Below are positions 38,901 to 52,990 of a stretch of DNA of 64,000 nt, piece by piece. This DNA is from Saccostrea echinata. Its lineage: Eukaryota. The position numbers were made by a program, and so were the translations under genes. Below the pieces are notes generated by a model that did not search any database, was not told the DNA's origin, and worked only from the letters and a program-made list of their open reading frames with translations. The stretch lies in NCBI RefSeq assembly GCF_033153115.1, contig NW_026889803.1, positions 12,586,001 to 12,650,000 of the forward strand, written 5' to 3'. The first letter of the stretch is position 1. The number at the start of each line of letters is the position of its first letter.

Positions 38901-41900
38901 AAGTTCCCGATTTCTTTCTGCTGTGAAGAAGTAAATACAAGGTCATTGTTGCAGTCTTTGAAAAGTAACTGTTTTGTCAGCTGAGCTCTAGTCATCACGT
39001 GACCAGTAACCGTTCAGCGCTATCAATAGAAAACGTGAAAGCTCTTATAATTACCGACGCTTTAGACTTATGTAGAATTTTGTGTAGATGCATGTATAAG
39101 ATCATTGGCCTAGTCATGATTTGCATATTGCTCTTTTTAGGAGCATTTTTATTTCTAAATTTTAAAATTATTAGTGCACAAATAATTTTAGAGAGTTCTA
39201 CTGTTATCTATTTGTCATTGTGTTCTGCAGGTTTCATGCATTTCGCCCGACCCAGTTAATCAAAATTAAGTCAGTTTGTACCTAAATATATTATTTCAAA
39301 AGAAATTCATGCATGGGCAATGAAATTCAAAGACACGTACTGAAATACGGAATAAAAAGGGGGGTCTTTTAGCCGATAAACATTTTCATATTATTTTTGA
39401 CTTAATTGAAGATAATCCGTATTATTGAATATTTCTGACTTAATGTATCGTTAAGAGTGTTTTTTAAAAATGTTTTTCCTTTACTGACAATGTACTACAA
39501 AATGTATTGGTAAAAACTGACATGCATTGAAAATAAATATCTGCGGATTTCTGTTTGTTTGTTTTATTTGTTTTTTACTTTGAAAAAAAATTAAGTACCT
39601 CTTCTCTACCTCTTATGAAGGGTTTAATATAACGTAGTTTTCGCATCTTTTAACAGTATTTCTTTAGCAAGATAAACTCTCATCATTTCACAATGAACTT
39701 GCGCAATAATATTAGCTTCATTTCTTTGATCGTTGTTCTTACATCGTTCAAAGGGAGATCATTTGAATACAGCCAGAGTTACCTTATGCAAATTTCACAA
39801 AATAACAGTTAAGCATTTGAAAGATTAGTATAAATGCGAGATTTCTGAGGGTGGTGGTGGGATAATCTCTAAAAGGTTATTAACAAAAATTCTCTGCTTC
39901 TTTCTAATAAAGAAGGCACATTCACGCACATGTATCGGAAAGTGCACATGCATGCATAGTGCTGCAAATGCAGCCTGTGTACCCAAAATGTGCACCATCA
40001 ACAACACTCGTACTTATTTCAAAGTTTCACAAATTGATTCATTTTTTTTTCAAAACCTCGGATATTTTAATCCTAAGATACTTTCCTTTATTTATACAAA
40101 TGAGTTATCTTTGTAAATCAGAATTGGGACGGAGTTAGTTGCATGAAAATGGTTTCAAAATAAAACTTTTTCTTTACAGTGTTTGAGAATGCAATTTTTG
40201 TAGGAAGATATAGCAATTGCAAAGGTGTGAGAGAGTAATTGCACGTGCTCAGTGCAGTTCCAAACAATATACACACAACAAGTTCCCGATTTCTTTCTGC
40301 TGTGAAGAAGTAAATACAAGGTCATTGTTGCAGTCTTTGAAAAGTAACTGTTTTGTCAGCTGAGCTCTAGTCATCACGTGACCAGTAACCGTTCAGCGCT
40401 ATCAATAGAAAACGTGAAAGCTCTTATAATTACCGACGCTTTAGACTTATGTAGAATTTTGTGTAGATGCATGTATAAGATCATTGGCCTAGTCATGATT
40501 TGCATATTGCTCTTTTTAGGAGCATTTTTATTTCTAAATTTTAAAATTATTAGTGCATAAATAATTTTAGAGAGTTCTACTGTTATCTATTTGTCATTGT
40601 GTTCTGCAGGTTTCATGCATTTCGCCCGACCCAGTTAATCAAAATTAAGTCAGTTTGTACCTAAATATATTATTTCAAAAGAAATTCATGCATGGGCAAT
40701 GAAATTCAAAGACACGTACTGAAATACGGAATAAAAAGGGGGGTCTTTTAGCCGATAAACATTTTCATATTATTTTTGACTTAATTGAAGATAATCCGTA
40801 TTATTGAATATTTCTGACTTAATGTATCGTTAAGAGTGTTTTTTAAAAATGTTTTTCCTTTACTGACAATGTACTACAAAATGTATTGGTAAAAACTGAC
40901 ATGCATTAAAAATAAATATCTGCGGATTTCTGTTTGTTTGTTTTATTTGTTTTTTACTTTGAAAAAAAATTAAGTACCTCTTCTCTACCTCTTATGAAGG
41001 GTTTAATATAACGTAGTTTTCGCATCTTTTAACAGTATTTCTTTAGCAAGATAAACTCTCATCATTTCACAATGAACTTGCGCAATAATATTAGCTTCAT
41101 TTCTTTGATCGTTGTTCTTACATCGTTCAAAGGGAGATCATTTGAATACAGCCAGAGTTACCTTATGCAAATTTCACAAAATAACAGTTAAGCATTTGAA
41201 AGATTAGTATAAATGCGAGATTTCTGAGGGTGGTGGTGGGATAATCTCTAAAAGGTTATTAACAAAAATTCTCTGCTTCTTTCTAATAAAGAAGGCACAT
41301 TCACGCACATGTATCGGAAAGTGCACATGCATGCATAGTGCTGCAAATGCAGCCTGTGTACCCAAAATGTGCACCATCAACAACACTCGTACTTATTTCA
41401 AAGTTTCACAAATTGATTCATTTTTTTTTCAAAACCTCGGATATTTTAATCCTAAGATACTTTCCTTTATTTATACAAATGAGTTATCTTTGTAAATCAG
41501 AATTGGGACGGAGTTAGTTGCATGAAAATGGTTTCAAAATAAAACTTTTTCTTTACAGTGTTTGAGAATGCAATTTGTGTAGGAAGATATAGCAATTGCA
41601 AAGGTGTGAGAGAGTAATTGCACGTGCTCAGTGCAGTTCCAAACAATATACACACAACAAGTTCCCGATTTCTTTCTGCTGTGAAGAAGTAAATACAAGG
41701 TCATTGTTGCAGTCTTTGAAAAGTAACTGTTTTGTCAGCTGAGCTCTAGTCATCACGTGACCAGTAACCGTTCAGCGCTATCAATAGAAAACGTGAAAGC
41801 TCTTATAATTACCGACGCTTTAGACTTATGTAGAATTTTGTGTAGATGCATGTATAAGATCATTGGCCTAGTCATGATTTGCATATTGCTCTTTTTAGGA

Positions 41901-44900
41901 GCATTTTTATTTCTAAATTTTAAAATTATTAGTGCACAAATAATTTTAGAGAGTTCTACTGTTATCTATTTGTCATTGTGTTCTGCAGGTTTCATGCATT
42001 TCGCCCGACCCAGTTAATCAAAATTAAGTCAGTTTGTACCTAAATATATTATTTCAAAAGAAATTCATGCATGGGCAATGAAATTCAAAGACACGTACTG
42101 AAATACGGAATAAAAAGGGGGGTCTTTTAGCCGATAAACATTTTCATATTATTTTTGACTTAATTGAAGATAATCCGTATTATTGAATATTTCTGACTTA
42201 ATGTATCGTTAAGAGTGTTTTTTAAAAATGTTTTTCCTTTACTGACAATGTACTACAAAATGTATTGGTAAAAACTGACATGCATTGAAAATAAATATCT
42301 GCGGATTTCTGTTTGTTTGTTTTATTTGTTTTTTACTTTGAAAAAAAATTAAGTACCTCTTCTCTACCTCTTATGAAGGGTTTAATATAACGTAGTTTTC
42401 GCATCTTTTAACAGTATTTCTTTAGCAAGATAAACTCTCATCATTTCACAATGAACTTGCGCAATAATATTAGCTTCATTTCTTTGATCGTTGTTCTTAC
42501 ATCGTTCAAAGGGAGATCATTTGAATACAGCCAGAGTTACCTTATGCAAATTTCACAAAATAACAGTTAAGCATTTGAAAGATTAGTATAAATGCGAGAT
42601 TTCTGAGGGTGGTGGTGGGATAATCTCTAAAAGGTTATTAACAAAAATTCTCTGCTTCTTTCTAATAAAGAAGGCACATTCACGCACATGTATCGGAAAG
42701 TGCACATGCATGCATAGTGCTGCAAATGCAGCCTGTGTACCCAAAATGTGCACCATCAACAACACTCGTACTTATTTCAAAGTTTCACAAATTGATTCAT
42801 TTTTTTTTTCAAAACCTCGGATATTTTAATCCTAAGATACTTTCCTTTATTTATACAAATGAGTTATCTTTGTAAATCAGAATTGGGACGGAGTTAGTTG
42901 CATGAAAATGGTTTCAAAATAAAACTTTTTCTTTACAGTGTTTGAGAATGCAATTTGTGTAGGAAGATATAGCAATTGCAAAGGTGTGAGAGAGTAATTG
43001 CACGTGCTCAGTGCAGTTCCAAACAATATACACACAACAAGTTCCCGATTTCTTTCTGCTGTGAAGAAGTAAATACAAGGTCATTGTTGCAGTCTTTGAA
43101 AAGTAACTGTTTTGTCAGCTGAGCTCTAGTCATCACGTGACCAGTAACCGTTCAGCGCTATCAATAGAAAACGTGAAAGCTCTTATAATTACCGACGCTT
43201 TAGACTTATGTAGAATTTTGTGTAGATGCATGTATAAGATCATTGGCCTAGTCATGATTTGCATATTGCTCTTTTTAGGAGCATTTTTATTTCTAAATTT
43301 TAAAATTATTAGTGCATAAATAATTTTAGAGAGTTCTACTGTTATCTATTTGTCATTGTGTTCTGCAGGTTTCATGCATTTTGCCCGACCCAGTTAATCA
43401 AAATTAAGTCAGTTTGTACCTAAATATATTATTTCAAAAGAAATTCATGCATGGGCAATGAAATTCAAAGACACGTACTGAAATACGGAATAAAAAGGGG
43501 GGTCTTTTAGCCGATAAACATTTTCATATTATTTTTGACTTAATTGAAGATAATCCGTATTATTGAATATTTCTGACTTAATGTATCGTTAAGAGTGTTT
43601 TTTAAAAATGTTTTTCCTTTACTGACAATGTACTACAAAATGTATTGGTAAAAACTGACATGCATTGAAAATAAATATCTGCGGATTTCTGTTTGTTTGT
43701 TTTATTTGTTTTTTTACTTTGAAAAAAAATTAAGTACCTCTTCTCTACCTCTTATGAAGGGTTTAATATAACGTAGTTTTCGCATCTTTTAACAGTATTT
43801 CTTTAGCAAGATAAACTCTCATCATTTCACAATGAACTTGCGCAATAATATTAGCTTCATTTCTTTGATCGTTGTTCTTACATCGTTCAAAGGGAGATCA
43901 TTTGAATACAGCCAGAGTTACCTTATGCAAATTTCACAAAATAACAGTTAAGCATTTGAAAGATTAGTATAAATGCGAGATTTCTGAGGGTGGTGGTGGG
44001 ATAATCTCTAAAAGGTTATTAACAAAAATTCTCTGCTTCTTTCTAATAAAGAAGGCACATTCACGCACATGTATCGGAAAGTGCACATGCATGCATAGTG
44101 CTGCAAATGCAGCCTGTGTACCCAAAATGTGCACCATCAACAACACTCGTACTTATTTCAAAGTTTCACAAATTGATTCATTTTTTTTTTTCAAAACCTC
44201 GGATATTTTAATCCTAAGATACTTTCCTTTATTTATACAAATGAGTTATCTTTGTAAATCAGAATTGGGACGGAGTTAGTTGCATGAAAATGGTTTCAAA
44301 ATAAAACTTTTTCTTTACAGTGTTTGAGAATGCAATTTTTGTAGGAAGATATAGCAATTGCAAAGGTGTGAGAGAGTAATTGCACGTGCTCAGTGCAGTT
44401 CCAAACAATATACACACAACAAGTTCCCGATTTCTTTCTGCTGTGAAGAAGTAAATACAAGGTCATTGTTGCAGTCTTTGAAAAGTAACTGTTTTGTCAG
44501 CTGAGCTCTAGTCATCACGTGACCAGTAACCGTTCAGCGCTATCAATAGAAAACGTGAAAGCTCTTATAATTACCGACGCTTTAGACTTATGTAGAATTT
44601 TGTGTAGATGCATGTATAAGATCATTGGCCTAGTCATGATTTGCATATTGCTCTTTTTAGGAGCATTTTTATTTCTAAATTTTAAAATTATTAGTGCATA
44701 AATAATTTTAGAGAGTTCTACTGTTATCTATTTGTCATTGTGTTCTGCAGGTTTCATGCATTTCGCCCGACCCAGTTAATCAAAATTAAGTCAGTTTGTA
44801 CCTAAATATATTATTTCAAAAGAAATTCATGCATGGGCAATGAAATTCAAAGACACGTACTGAAATACGGAATAAAAAGGGGGGTCTTTTAGCCGATAAA

Positions 44901-47900
44901 CATTTTCATATTATTTTTGACTTAATTGAAGATAATCCGTATTATTGAATATTTCTGACTTAATGTATCGTTAAGAGTGTTTTTTAAAAATGTTTTTCCT
45001 TTACTGACAATGTACTACAAAATGTATTGGTAAAAACTGACATGCATTGAAAATAAATATCTGCGGATTTCTGTTTGTTTGTTTTATTTGTTTTTTTACT
45101 TTGAAAAAAAATTAAGTACCTCTTCTCTACCTCTTATGAAGGGTTTAATATAACGTAGTTTTCGCATCTTTTAACAGTATTTCTTTAGCAAGATAAACTC
45201 TCATCATTTCACAATGAACTTGCGCAATAATATTAGCTTCATTTCTTTGATCGTTGTTCTTACATCGTTCAAAGGGAGATCATTTGAATACAGCCAGAGT
45301 TACCTTATGCAAATTTCACAAAATAACAGTTAAGCATTTGAAAGATTAGTATAAATGCGAGATTTCTGAGGGTGGTGGTGGGATAATCTCTAAAAGGTTA
45401 TTAACAAAAATTCTCTGCTTCTTTCTAATAAAGAAGGCACATTCACGCACATGTATCGGAAAGTGCACATGCATGCATAGTGCTGCAAATGCAGCCTGTG
45501 TACCCAAAATGTGCACCATCAACAACACTCGTACTTATTTCAAAGTTTCACAAATTGATTCATTTTTTTTTTTTTCAAAACCTCGGATATTTTAATCCTA
45601 AGATACTTTCCTTTATTTATACAAATGAGTTATCTTTGTAAATCAGAATTGGGACGGAGTTAGTTGCATGAAAATGGTTTCAAAATAAAACTTTTTCTTT
45701 ACAGTGTTTGAGAATGCAATTTTTGTAGGAAGATATAGCAATTGCAAAGGTGTGAGAGAGTAATTGCACGTGCTCAGTGCAGTTCCAAACAATATACACA
45801 CAACAAGTTCCCGATTTCTTTCTGCTGTGAAGAAGTAAATACAAGGTCATTGTTGCAGTCTTTGAAAAGTAACTGTTTTGTCAGCTGAGCTCTAGTCATC
45901 ACGTGACCAGTAACCGTTCAGCGCTATCAATAGAAAACGTGAAAGCTCTTATAATTACCGACGCTTTAGACTTATGTAGAATTTTGTGTAGATGCATGTA
46001 TAAGATCATTGGCCTAGTCATGATTTGCATATTGCTCTTTTTAGGAGCATTTTTATTTCTAAATTTTAAAATTATTAGTGCATAAATAATTTTAGAGAGT
46101 TCTACTGTTATCTATTTGTCATTGTGTTCTGCAGGTTTCATGCATTTCGCCCGACCCAGTTAATCAAAATTAAGTCAGTTTGTACCTAAATATATTATTT
46201 CAAAAGAAATTCATGCATGGGCAATGAAATTCAAAGACACGTACTGAAATACGGAATAAAAAGGGGGGTCTTTTAGCCGATAAACATTTTCATATTATTT
46301 TTGACTTAATTGAAGATAATCCGTATTATTGAATATTTCTGACTTAATGTATCGTTAAGAGTGTTTTTTAAAAATGTTTTTCCTTTACTGACAATGTACT
46401 ACAAAATGTATTGGTAAAAACTGACATGCATTGAAAATAAATATCTGCGGATTTCTGTTTGTTTGTTTTATTTGTTTTTTTACTTTGAAAAAAAATTAAG
46501 TACCTCTTCTCTACCTCTTATGAAGGGTTTAATATAACGTAGTTTTCGCATCTTTTAACAGTATTTCTTTAGCAAGATAAACTCTCATCATTTCACAATG
46601 AACTTGCGCAATAATATTAGCTTCATTTCTTTGATCGTTGTTCTTACATCGTTCAAAGGGAGATCATTTGAATACAGCCAGAGTTACCTTATGCAAATTT
46701 CACAAAATAACAGTTAAGCATTTGAAAGATTAGTATAAATGCGAGATTTCTGAGGGTGGTGGTGGGATAATCTCTAAAAGGTTATTAACAAAAATTCTCT
46801 GCTTCTTTCTAATAAAGAAGGCACATTCACGCACATGTATCGGAAAGTGCACATGCATGCATAGTGCTGCAAATGCAGCCTGTGTACCCAAAATGTGCAT
46901 CATCAACAACACTCGTACTTATTTCAAAGTTTCACAAATTGATTCATTTTTTTTTTTCAAAACCTCGGATATTTTAATCCTAAGATACTTTCCTTTATTT
47001 ATACAAATGAGTTATCTTTGTAAATCAGAATTGGGACGGAGTTAGTTGCATGAAAATGGTTTCAAAATAAAACTTTTTCTTTACAGTGTTTGAGAATGCG
47101 ATTTTTGTAGGAAGATATAGCAATTGCAAAGGTGTGAGAGAGTAATTGCACGTGCTCAGTGCAGTTCCAAACAATATACACACAACAAGTTCCCGATTTC
47201 TTTCTGCTGTGAAGAAGTAAATACAAGGTCATTGTTGCAGTCTTTGAAAAGTAACTGTTTTGTCAGCTGAGCTCTAGTCATCACGTGACCAGTAACCGTT
47301 CAGCGCTATCAATAGAAAACGTGAAAGCTCTTATAATTACCGACGCTTTAGACTTATGTAGAATTTTGTGTAGATGCATGTATAAGATCATTGGCCTAGT
47401 CATGATTTGCATATTGCTCTTTTTAGGAGCATTTTTATTTCTAAATTTTAAAATTATTAGTGCATAAATAATTTTAGAGAGTTCTACTGTTATCTATTTG
47501 TCATTGTGTTCTGCAGGTTTCATGCATTTCGCCCGACCCAGTTAATCAAAATTAAGTCAGTTTGTACCTAAATATATTATTTCAAAAGAAATTCATGCAT
47601 GGGCAATGAAATTCAAAGACACGTACTGAAATACGGAATAAAAAGGGGGGTCTTTTAGCCGATAAACATTTTCATATTATTTTTGACTTAATTGAAGATA
47701 ATCCGTATTATTGAATATTTCTGACTTAATGTATCGTTAAGAGTGTTTTTTAAAAATGTTTTTCCTTTACTGACAATGTACTACAAAATGTATTGGTAAA
47801 AACTGACATGCATTAAAAATAAATATCTGCGGATTTCTGTTTGTTTGTTTTATTTGTTTTTTTACTTTGAAAAAAAATTAAGTACCTCTTCTCTACCTCT

Positions 47901-50900
47901 TATGAAGGGTTTAATATAACGTAGTTTTCGCATCTTTTAACAGTATTTCTTTAGCAAGATAAACTCTCATCATTTCACAATGAACTTGCGCAATAATATT
48001 AGCTTCATTTCTTTGATCGTTGTTCTTACATCGTTCAAAGGGAGATCATTTGAATACAGCCAGAGTTACCTTATGCAAATTTCACAAAATAACAGTTAAG
48101 CATTTGAAAGATTAGTATAAATGCGAGATTTCTGAGGGTGGTGGTGGGATAATCTCTAAAAGGTTATTAACAAAAATTCTCTGCTTCTTTCTAATAAAGA
48201 AGGCACATTCACGCACATGTATCGGAAAGTGCACATGCATGCATAGTGCTGCAAATGCAGCCTGTGTACCCAAAATGTGCACCATCAACAACACTCGTAC
48301 TTATTTCAAAGTTTCACAAATTGATTCATTTTTTTTTTCAAAACCTTGGATATTTTAATCCTAAGATACTTTCCTTTATTTATACAAATGAGTTATCTTT
48401 GTAAATCAGAATTGGGACGGAGTTAGTTGCATGAAAATGGTTTCAAAATAAAACTTTTTCTTTACAGTGTTTGAGAATGCGATTTTTGTAGGAAGATATA
48501 GCAATTGCAAAGGTGTGAGAGAGTAATTGCACGTGCTCAGTGCAGTTCCAAACAATATACACACAACAAGTTCCCGATTTCTTTCTGCTGTGAAGAAGTA
48601 AATACAAGGTCATTGTTGCAGTCTTTGAAAAGTAACTGTTTTGTCAGCTGAGCTCTAGTCATCACGTGACCAGTAACCGTTCAGCGCTATCAATAGAAAA
48701 CGTGAAAGCTCTTATAATTACCGACGCTTTAGACTTATGTAGAATTTTGTGTAGATGCATGTATAAGATCATTGGCCTAGTCATGATTTGCATATTGCTC
48801 TTTTTAGGAGCATTTTTATTTCTAAATTTTAAAATTATTAGTGCATAAATAATTTTAGAGAGTTCTACTGTTATCTATTTGTCATTGTGTTCTGCAGGTT
48901 TCATGCATTTCGCCCGACCCAGTTAATCAAAATTAAGTCAGTTTGTACCTAAATATATTATTTCAAAAGAAATTCATGCATGGGCAATGAAATTCAAAGA
49001 CACGTACTGAAATACGGAATAAAAAGGGGGGTCTTTTAGCCGATAAACATTTTCATATTATTTTTGACTTAATTGAAGATAATCCGTATTATTGAATATT
49101 TCTGACTTAATGTATCGTTAAGAGTGTTTTTTAAAAATGTTTTTCCTTTACTGACAATGTACTACAAAATGTATTGGTAAAAACTGACATGCATTAAAAA
49201 TAAATATCTGCGGATTTCTGTTTGTTTGTTTTATTTGTTTTTTTACTTTGAAAAAAAATTAAGTACCTCTTCTCTACCTCTTATGAAGGGTTTAATATAA
49301 CGTAGTTTTCGCATCTTTTAACAGTATTTCTTTAGCAAGATAAACTCTCATCATTTCACAATGAACTTGCGCAATAATATTAGCTTCATTTCTTTGATCG
49401 TTGTTCTTACATCGTTCAAAGGGAGATCATTTGAATACAGCCAGAGTTACCTTATGCAAATTTCACAAAATAACAGTTAAGCATTTGAAAGATTAGTATA
49501 AATGCGAGATTTCTGAGGGTGGTGGTGGGATAATCTCTAAAAGGTTATTAACAAAAATTCTCTGCTTCTTTCTAATAAAGAAGGCACATTCACGCACATG
49601 TATCGGAAAGTGCACATGCATGCATAGTGCTGCAAATGCAGCCTGTGTACCCAAAATGTGCACCATCAACAACACTCGTACTTATTTCAAAGTTTCACAA
49701 ATTGATTCATTTTTTTTTCAAAACCTTGGATATTTTAATCCTAAGATACTTTCCTTTATTTATACAAATGAGTTATCTTTGTAAATCAGAATTGGGACGG
49801 AGTTAGTTGCATGAAAATGGTTTCAAAATAAAACTTTTTCTTTACAGTGTTTGAGAATGCGATTTTTGTAGGAAGATATAGCAATTGCAAAGGTGTGAGA
49901 GAGTAATTGCACGTGCTCAGTGCAGTTCCAAACAATATACACACAACAAGTTCCCGATTTCTTTCTGCTGTGAAGAAGTAAATACAAGGTCATTGTTGCA
50001 GTCTTTGAAAAGTAACTGTTTTGTCAGCTGAGCTCTAGTCATCACGTGACCAGTAACCGTTCAGCGCTATCAATAGAAAACGTGAAAGCTCTTATAATTA
50101 CCGACGCTTTAGACTTATGTAGAATTTTGTGTAGATGCATGTATAAGATCATTGGCCTAGTCATGATTTGCATATTGCTCTTTTTAGGAGCATTTTTATT
50201 TCTAAATTTTAAAATTATTAGTGCATAAATAATTTTAGAGAGTTCTACTGTTATCTATTTGTCATTGTGTTCTGCAGGTTTCATGCATTTCGCCCGACCC
50301 AGTTAATCAAAATTAAGTCAGTTTGTACCTAAATATATTATTTCAAAAGAAATTCATGCATGGGCAATGAAATTCAAAGACACGTACTGAAATACGGAAT
50401 AAAAAGGGGGGTCTTTTAGCCGATAAACATTTTCATATTATTTTTGACTTAATTGAAGATAATCCGTATTATTGAATATTTCTGACTTAATGTATCGTTA
50501 AGAGTGTTTTTTAAAAATGTTTTTCCTTTACTGACAATGTACTACAAAATGTATTGGTAAAAACTGACATGCATTAAAAATAAATATCTGCGGATTTCTG
50601 TTTGTTTGTTTTATTTGTTTTTTTACTTTGAAAAAAAATTAAGTACCTCTTCTCTACCTCTTATGAAGGGTTTAATATAACGTAGTTTTCGCATCTTTTA
50701 ACAGTATTTCTTTAGCAAGATAAACTCTCATCATTTCACAATGAACTTGCGCAATAATATTAGCTTCATTTGGTTGGTTTGGTTTTTCTTTCTTTAAAAA
50801 AAATTAAGTACCTCATCTCTACCTCTTATGAAGGGTTTAATATAACGTAGTTTCCGCATCTTCTAACAGTACTTCTTTAACAAGATAAACTCTCATCATT

Positions 50901-52703
50901 TCACAATGAACTTGCGCAATAATATTAGCTTCATTTCTTTGATCGTTGTTCTTACATCGTTCAAAGGGAGATCATTTGAATACAGCCAGAGTTACCTTAT
51001 GCAAATTTCACAAAATAACAGTTAAGCATTTGAAAGATTAGTATAAATGCGAGATTTCTGAGGGTGGTGGTGGGATAATCTCTAAAAGGTTATTAACAAA
51101 AATTCTCTGCTTCTTTCTAATAAAGAAGGCACATTCACGCACATGTATCGGAAAGTGCACATGCATGCATAGTGCTGCAAATGCAGCCTATGTACCCAAA
51201 ATGTGCACCATCAACAACACTCGTACTTATTTCAAAGTTTCACAAATTGATTCATTTTTTTTTTCAAAACCTCGGATATTTTAATCCTAAGATACTTTCC
51301 TTTATTTATACAAATGAGTTATCTTTGTAAATCAGAATTGGGACGGAGTTAGTTGCATGAAAATGGTTTCAAAATAAAACTTTTTCTTTACAGTGTTTGA
51401 GAATGCAATTTGTGTAGGAAGATATAGCAATTGCAAAGGTGTGAGAGAGTAATTGCACGTGCTCAGTGCAGTTCCAAACAATATACACACAACAAGTTCC
51501 CGATTTCTTTCTGCTGTGAAGAAGTAAATACAAGGTCATTGTTGTAGTCTTTGAAAAGTAACTGTTTTGTCAGCTGAGCTCTAGTCATCACGTGACCAGT
51601 AACCGTTCAGCGCTATCAATAGAAAACGTGAAAGCTCTTATAATTACCGACGCTTTAGACTTATGTAGAATTTTGTGTAGATGCATGTATAAGATCATTG
51701 GCCTAGTCATGATTTGCATATTGCTCTTTTTAGGAGCATTTTTATTTCTAAATTTTAAAATTATTAGTGCATAAATAATTTTAGAGAGTTCTACTGTTAT
51801 CTATTTGTCATTGTGTTCTGCAGGTTTCATGCATTTCGCCCGACCCAGTTAATCAAAATTAAGTCAGTTTGTACCTAAATATATTATTTCAAAAGAAATT
51901 CATGCATGGGCAATGAAATTCAAAGACACGTACTGAAATACGGAATAAAAAGGGGGGTCTTTTAGCCGATAAACATTTTCATATTATTTTTGACTTAATT
52001 GAAGATAATCCGTATTATTGAATATTTCTGACTTAATGTATCGTTAAGAGTGTTTTTTAAAAATGTTTTTCCTTTACTGACAATGTACTACAAAATGTAT
52101 TGGTAAAAACTGACATGCATTAAAAGTAAATATCTGCGGATTTTTGTTTGTTTGGTTGGTTTGGTTTTTCTTTCTTTAAAAAAAATTAAGTACCTCTTCT
52201 CTACCTCTTATGAAGGGTTTAATATAACGTAGTTTCCGCATCTTCTAACAGTACTTCTTTAACAAGATAAACTCTCATCATTTCACAATGAACTTGCGCA
52301 ATAATATTAGCTTCATTTCTTTGATCGTTGTTCTTGCGTCGTTCAAAGGGAGATCATTTGAATACAGCCAGAGTTACCTTATGCAAATTTCACAAAATAA
52401 CAGTTAAGCATTTGAAAGATTACTATAAATGTGAGATTTCTGGAGGGTGGTGGTGGATTAAATTATAAAAGGTTATTAACAAAAATTCTTTGCTTCTTTC
52501 TAATAAAGAAGGCACATTCACGCACATGTATCGGAAAGTGCACATGCATGCATAGTGCTGCAAATGCAGCATGTGTACCCAAAATGTGCACCATCATTAA
52601 CACTCGTACTTATTTCAAAGTTTCACAAATTGATTCATTTTTTCCCCCAAACCTGGGATATTTTAATCTTAGGATTCTTTCCTTTATTTACACAAGTGAG
52701 TTA
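17437..52703. repeat. Tandem macrosatellite: 25 copies of a ~1380-bp unit
   Basis: Marker GTGACCAGTAACCG recurs at 17710, 19670, 21055, 22435, 23815, 25195, 26578, 27959, 29340, 30720, 32100, 33480, 34860, 36239, 37618, 38999, 40378, 41757, 43137, 44519, 45903, 47285, 48666, 50046, 51592. Unit junction gagtt|atctttgtaaatca. Copy 1 is 1962 bp and copy 24 is 1546 bp. Confidence 0.99.
17871..17939. repeat. (AT)n microsatellite within the copy-1-specific segment
   Basis: Uninterrupted AT run, absent from copies 2-25. Confidence 0.97.
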
Positions 52704-52990
52704 CATGGGATTAAGGGGGCCGACTGGGGTTTTCATTGTGCAATACTTCGGGCAGCATAGTAAAATCATGAAAGCGTATTTCCTATTTTAAAGCAACTAT
52801 TTTTACATAATTTATAAAAATTTCATTTTTATAATTTCTTACTTAAAGTCAACACTTAAATACTAAATATGTTTATGAATTTCCAACATTAAAGTACATG
52901 TACTATTAAGAGAACTAAAGTAAAAAGATATCACTTAAGTGATTTTAAAACCTAAGTTTATACTAAGAAGTTTTATGAAACCCGTTCAAG

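Larger units (their letters stand above)
17141..52990. mobile_element. Putative TIR transposon (PIF/Harbinger-like ends, degenerate) hosting the macrosatellite
   Basis: Defined as the block interrupting the satellite monomer. Unique arms 17141-17436 and 52704-52990 are both rich in CTTAAG-like motifs. The right end reads TAAGAAGTTTTATGAAACCCG and the left CTGGGAATCATTCTTAATGCTTAATTCTTAAG. The TIR match is weak and no TSD is visible. Confidence 0.45.

Noticed and set aside
17437-52703. Array as rDNA/5S, histone, tRNA or snRNA cluster, or as a CRISPR array
   Set aside because: No recognisable structural-RNA or histone sequence in the unit and no repeat-spacer organisation. An Infernal/Rfam scan would be needed to exclude an unusual ncRNA.
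19115-52791. Dozens of identical 60-109 aa ORFs (MLLMVHILG..., MTSNRSALS..., MHSAANAAC...) suggesting a tandem gene cluster
   Set aside because: They recur only because the DNA unit recurs. They are short, some start at GTG, they cross variable homopolymers, gain or lose stops between copies, and show no recognisable motif.
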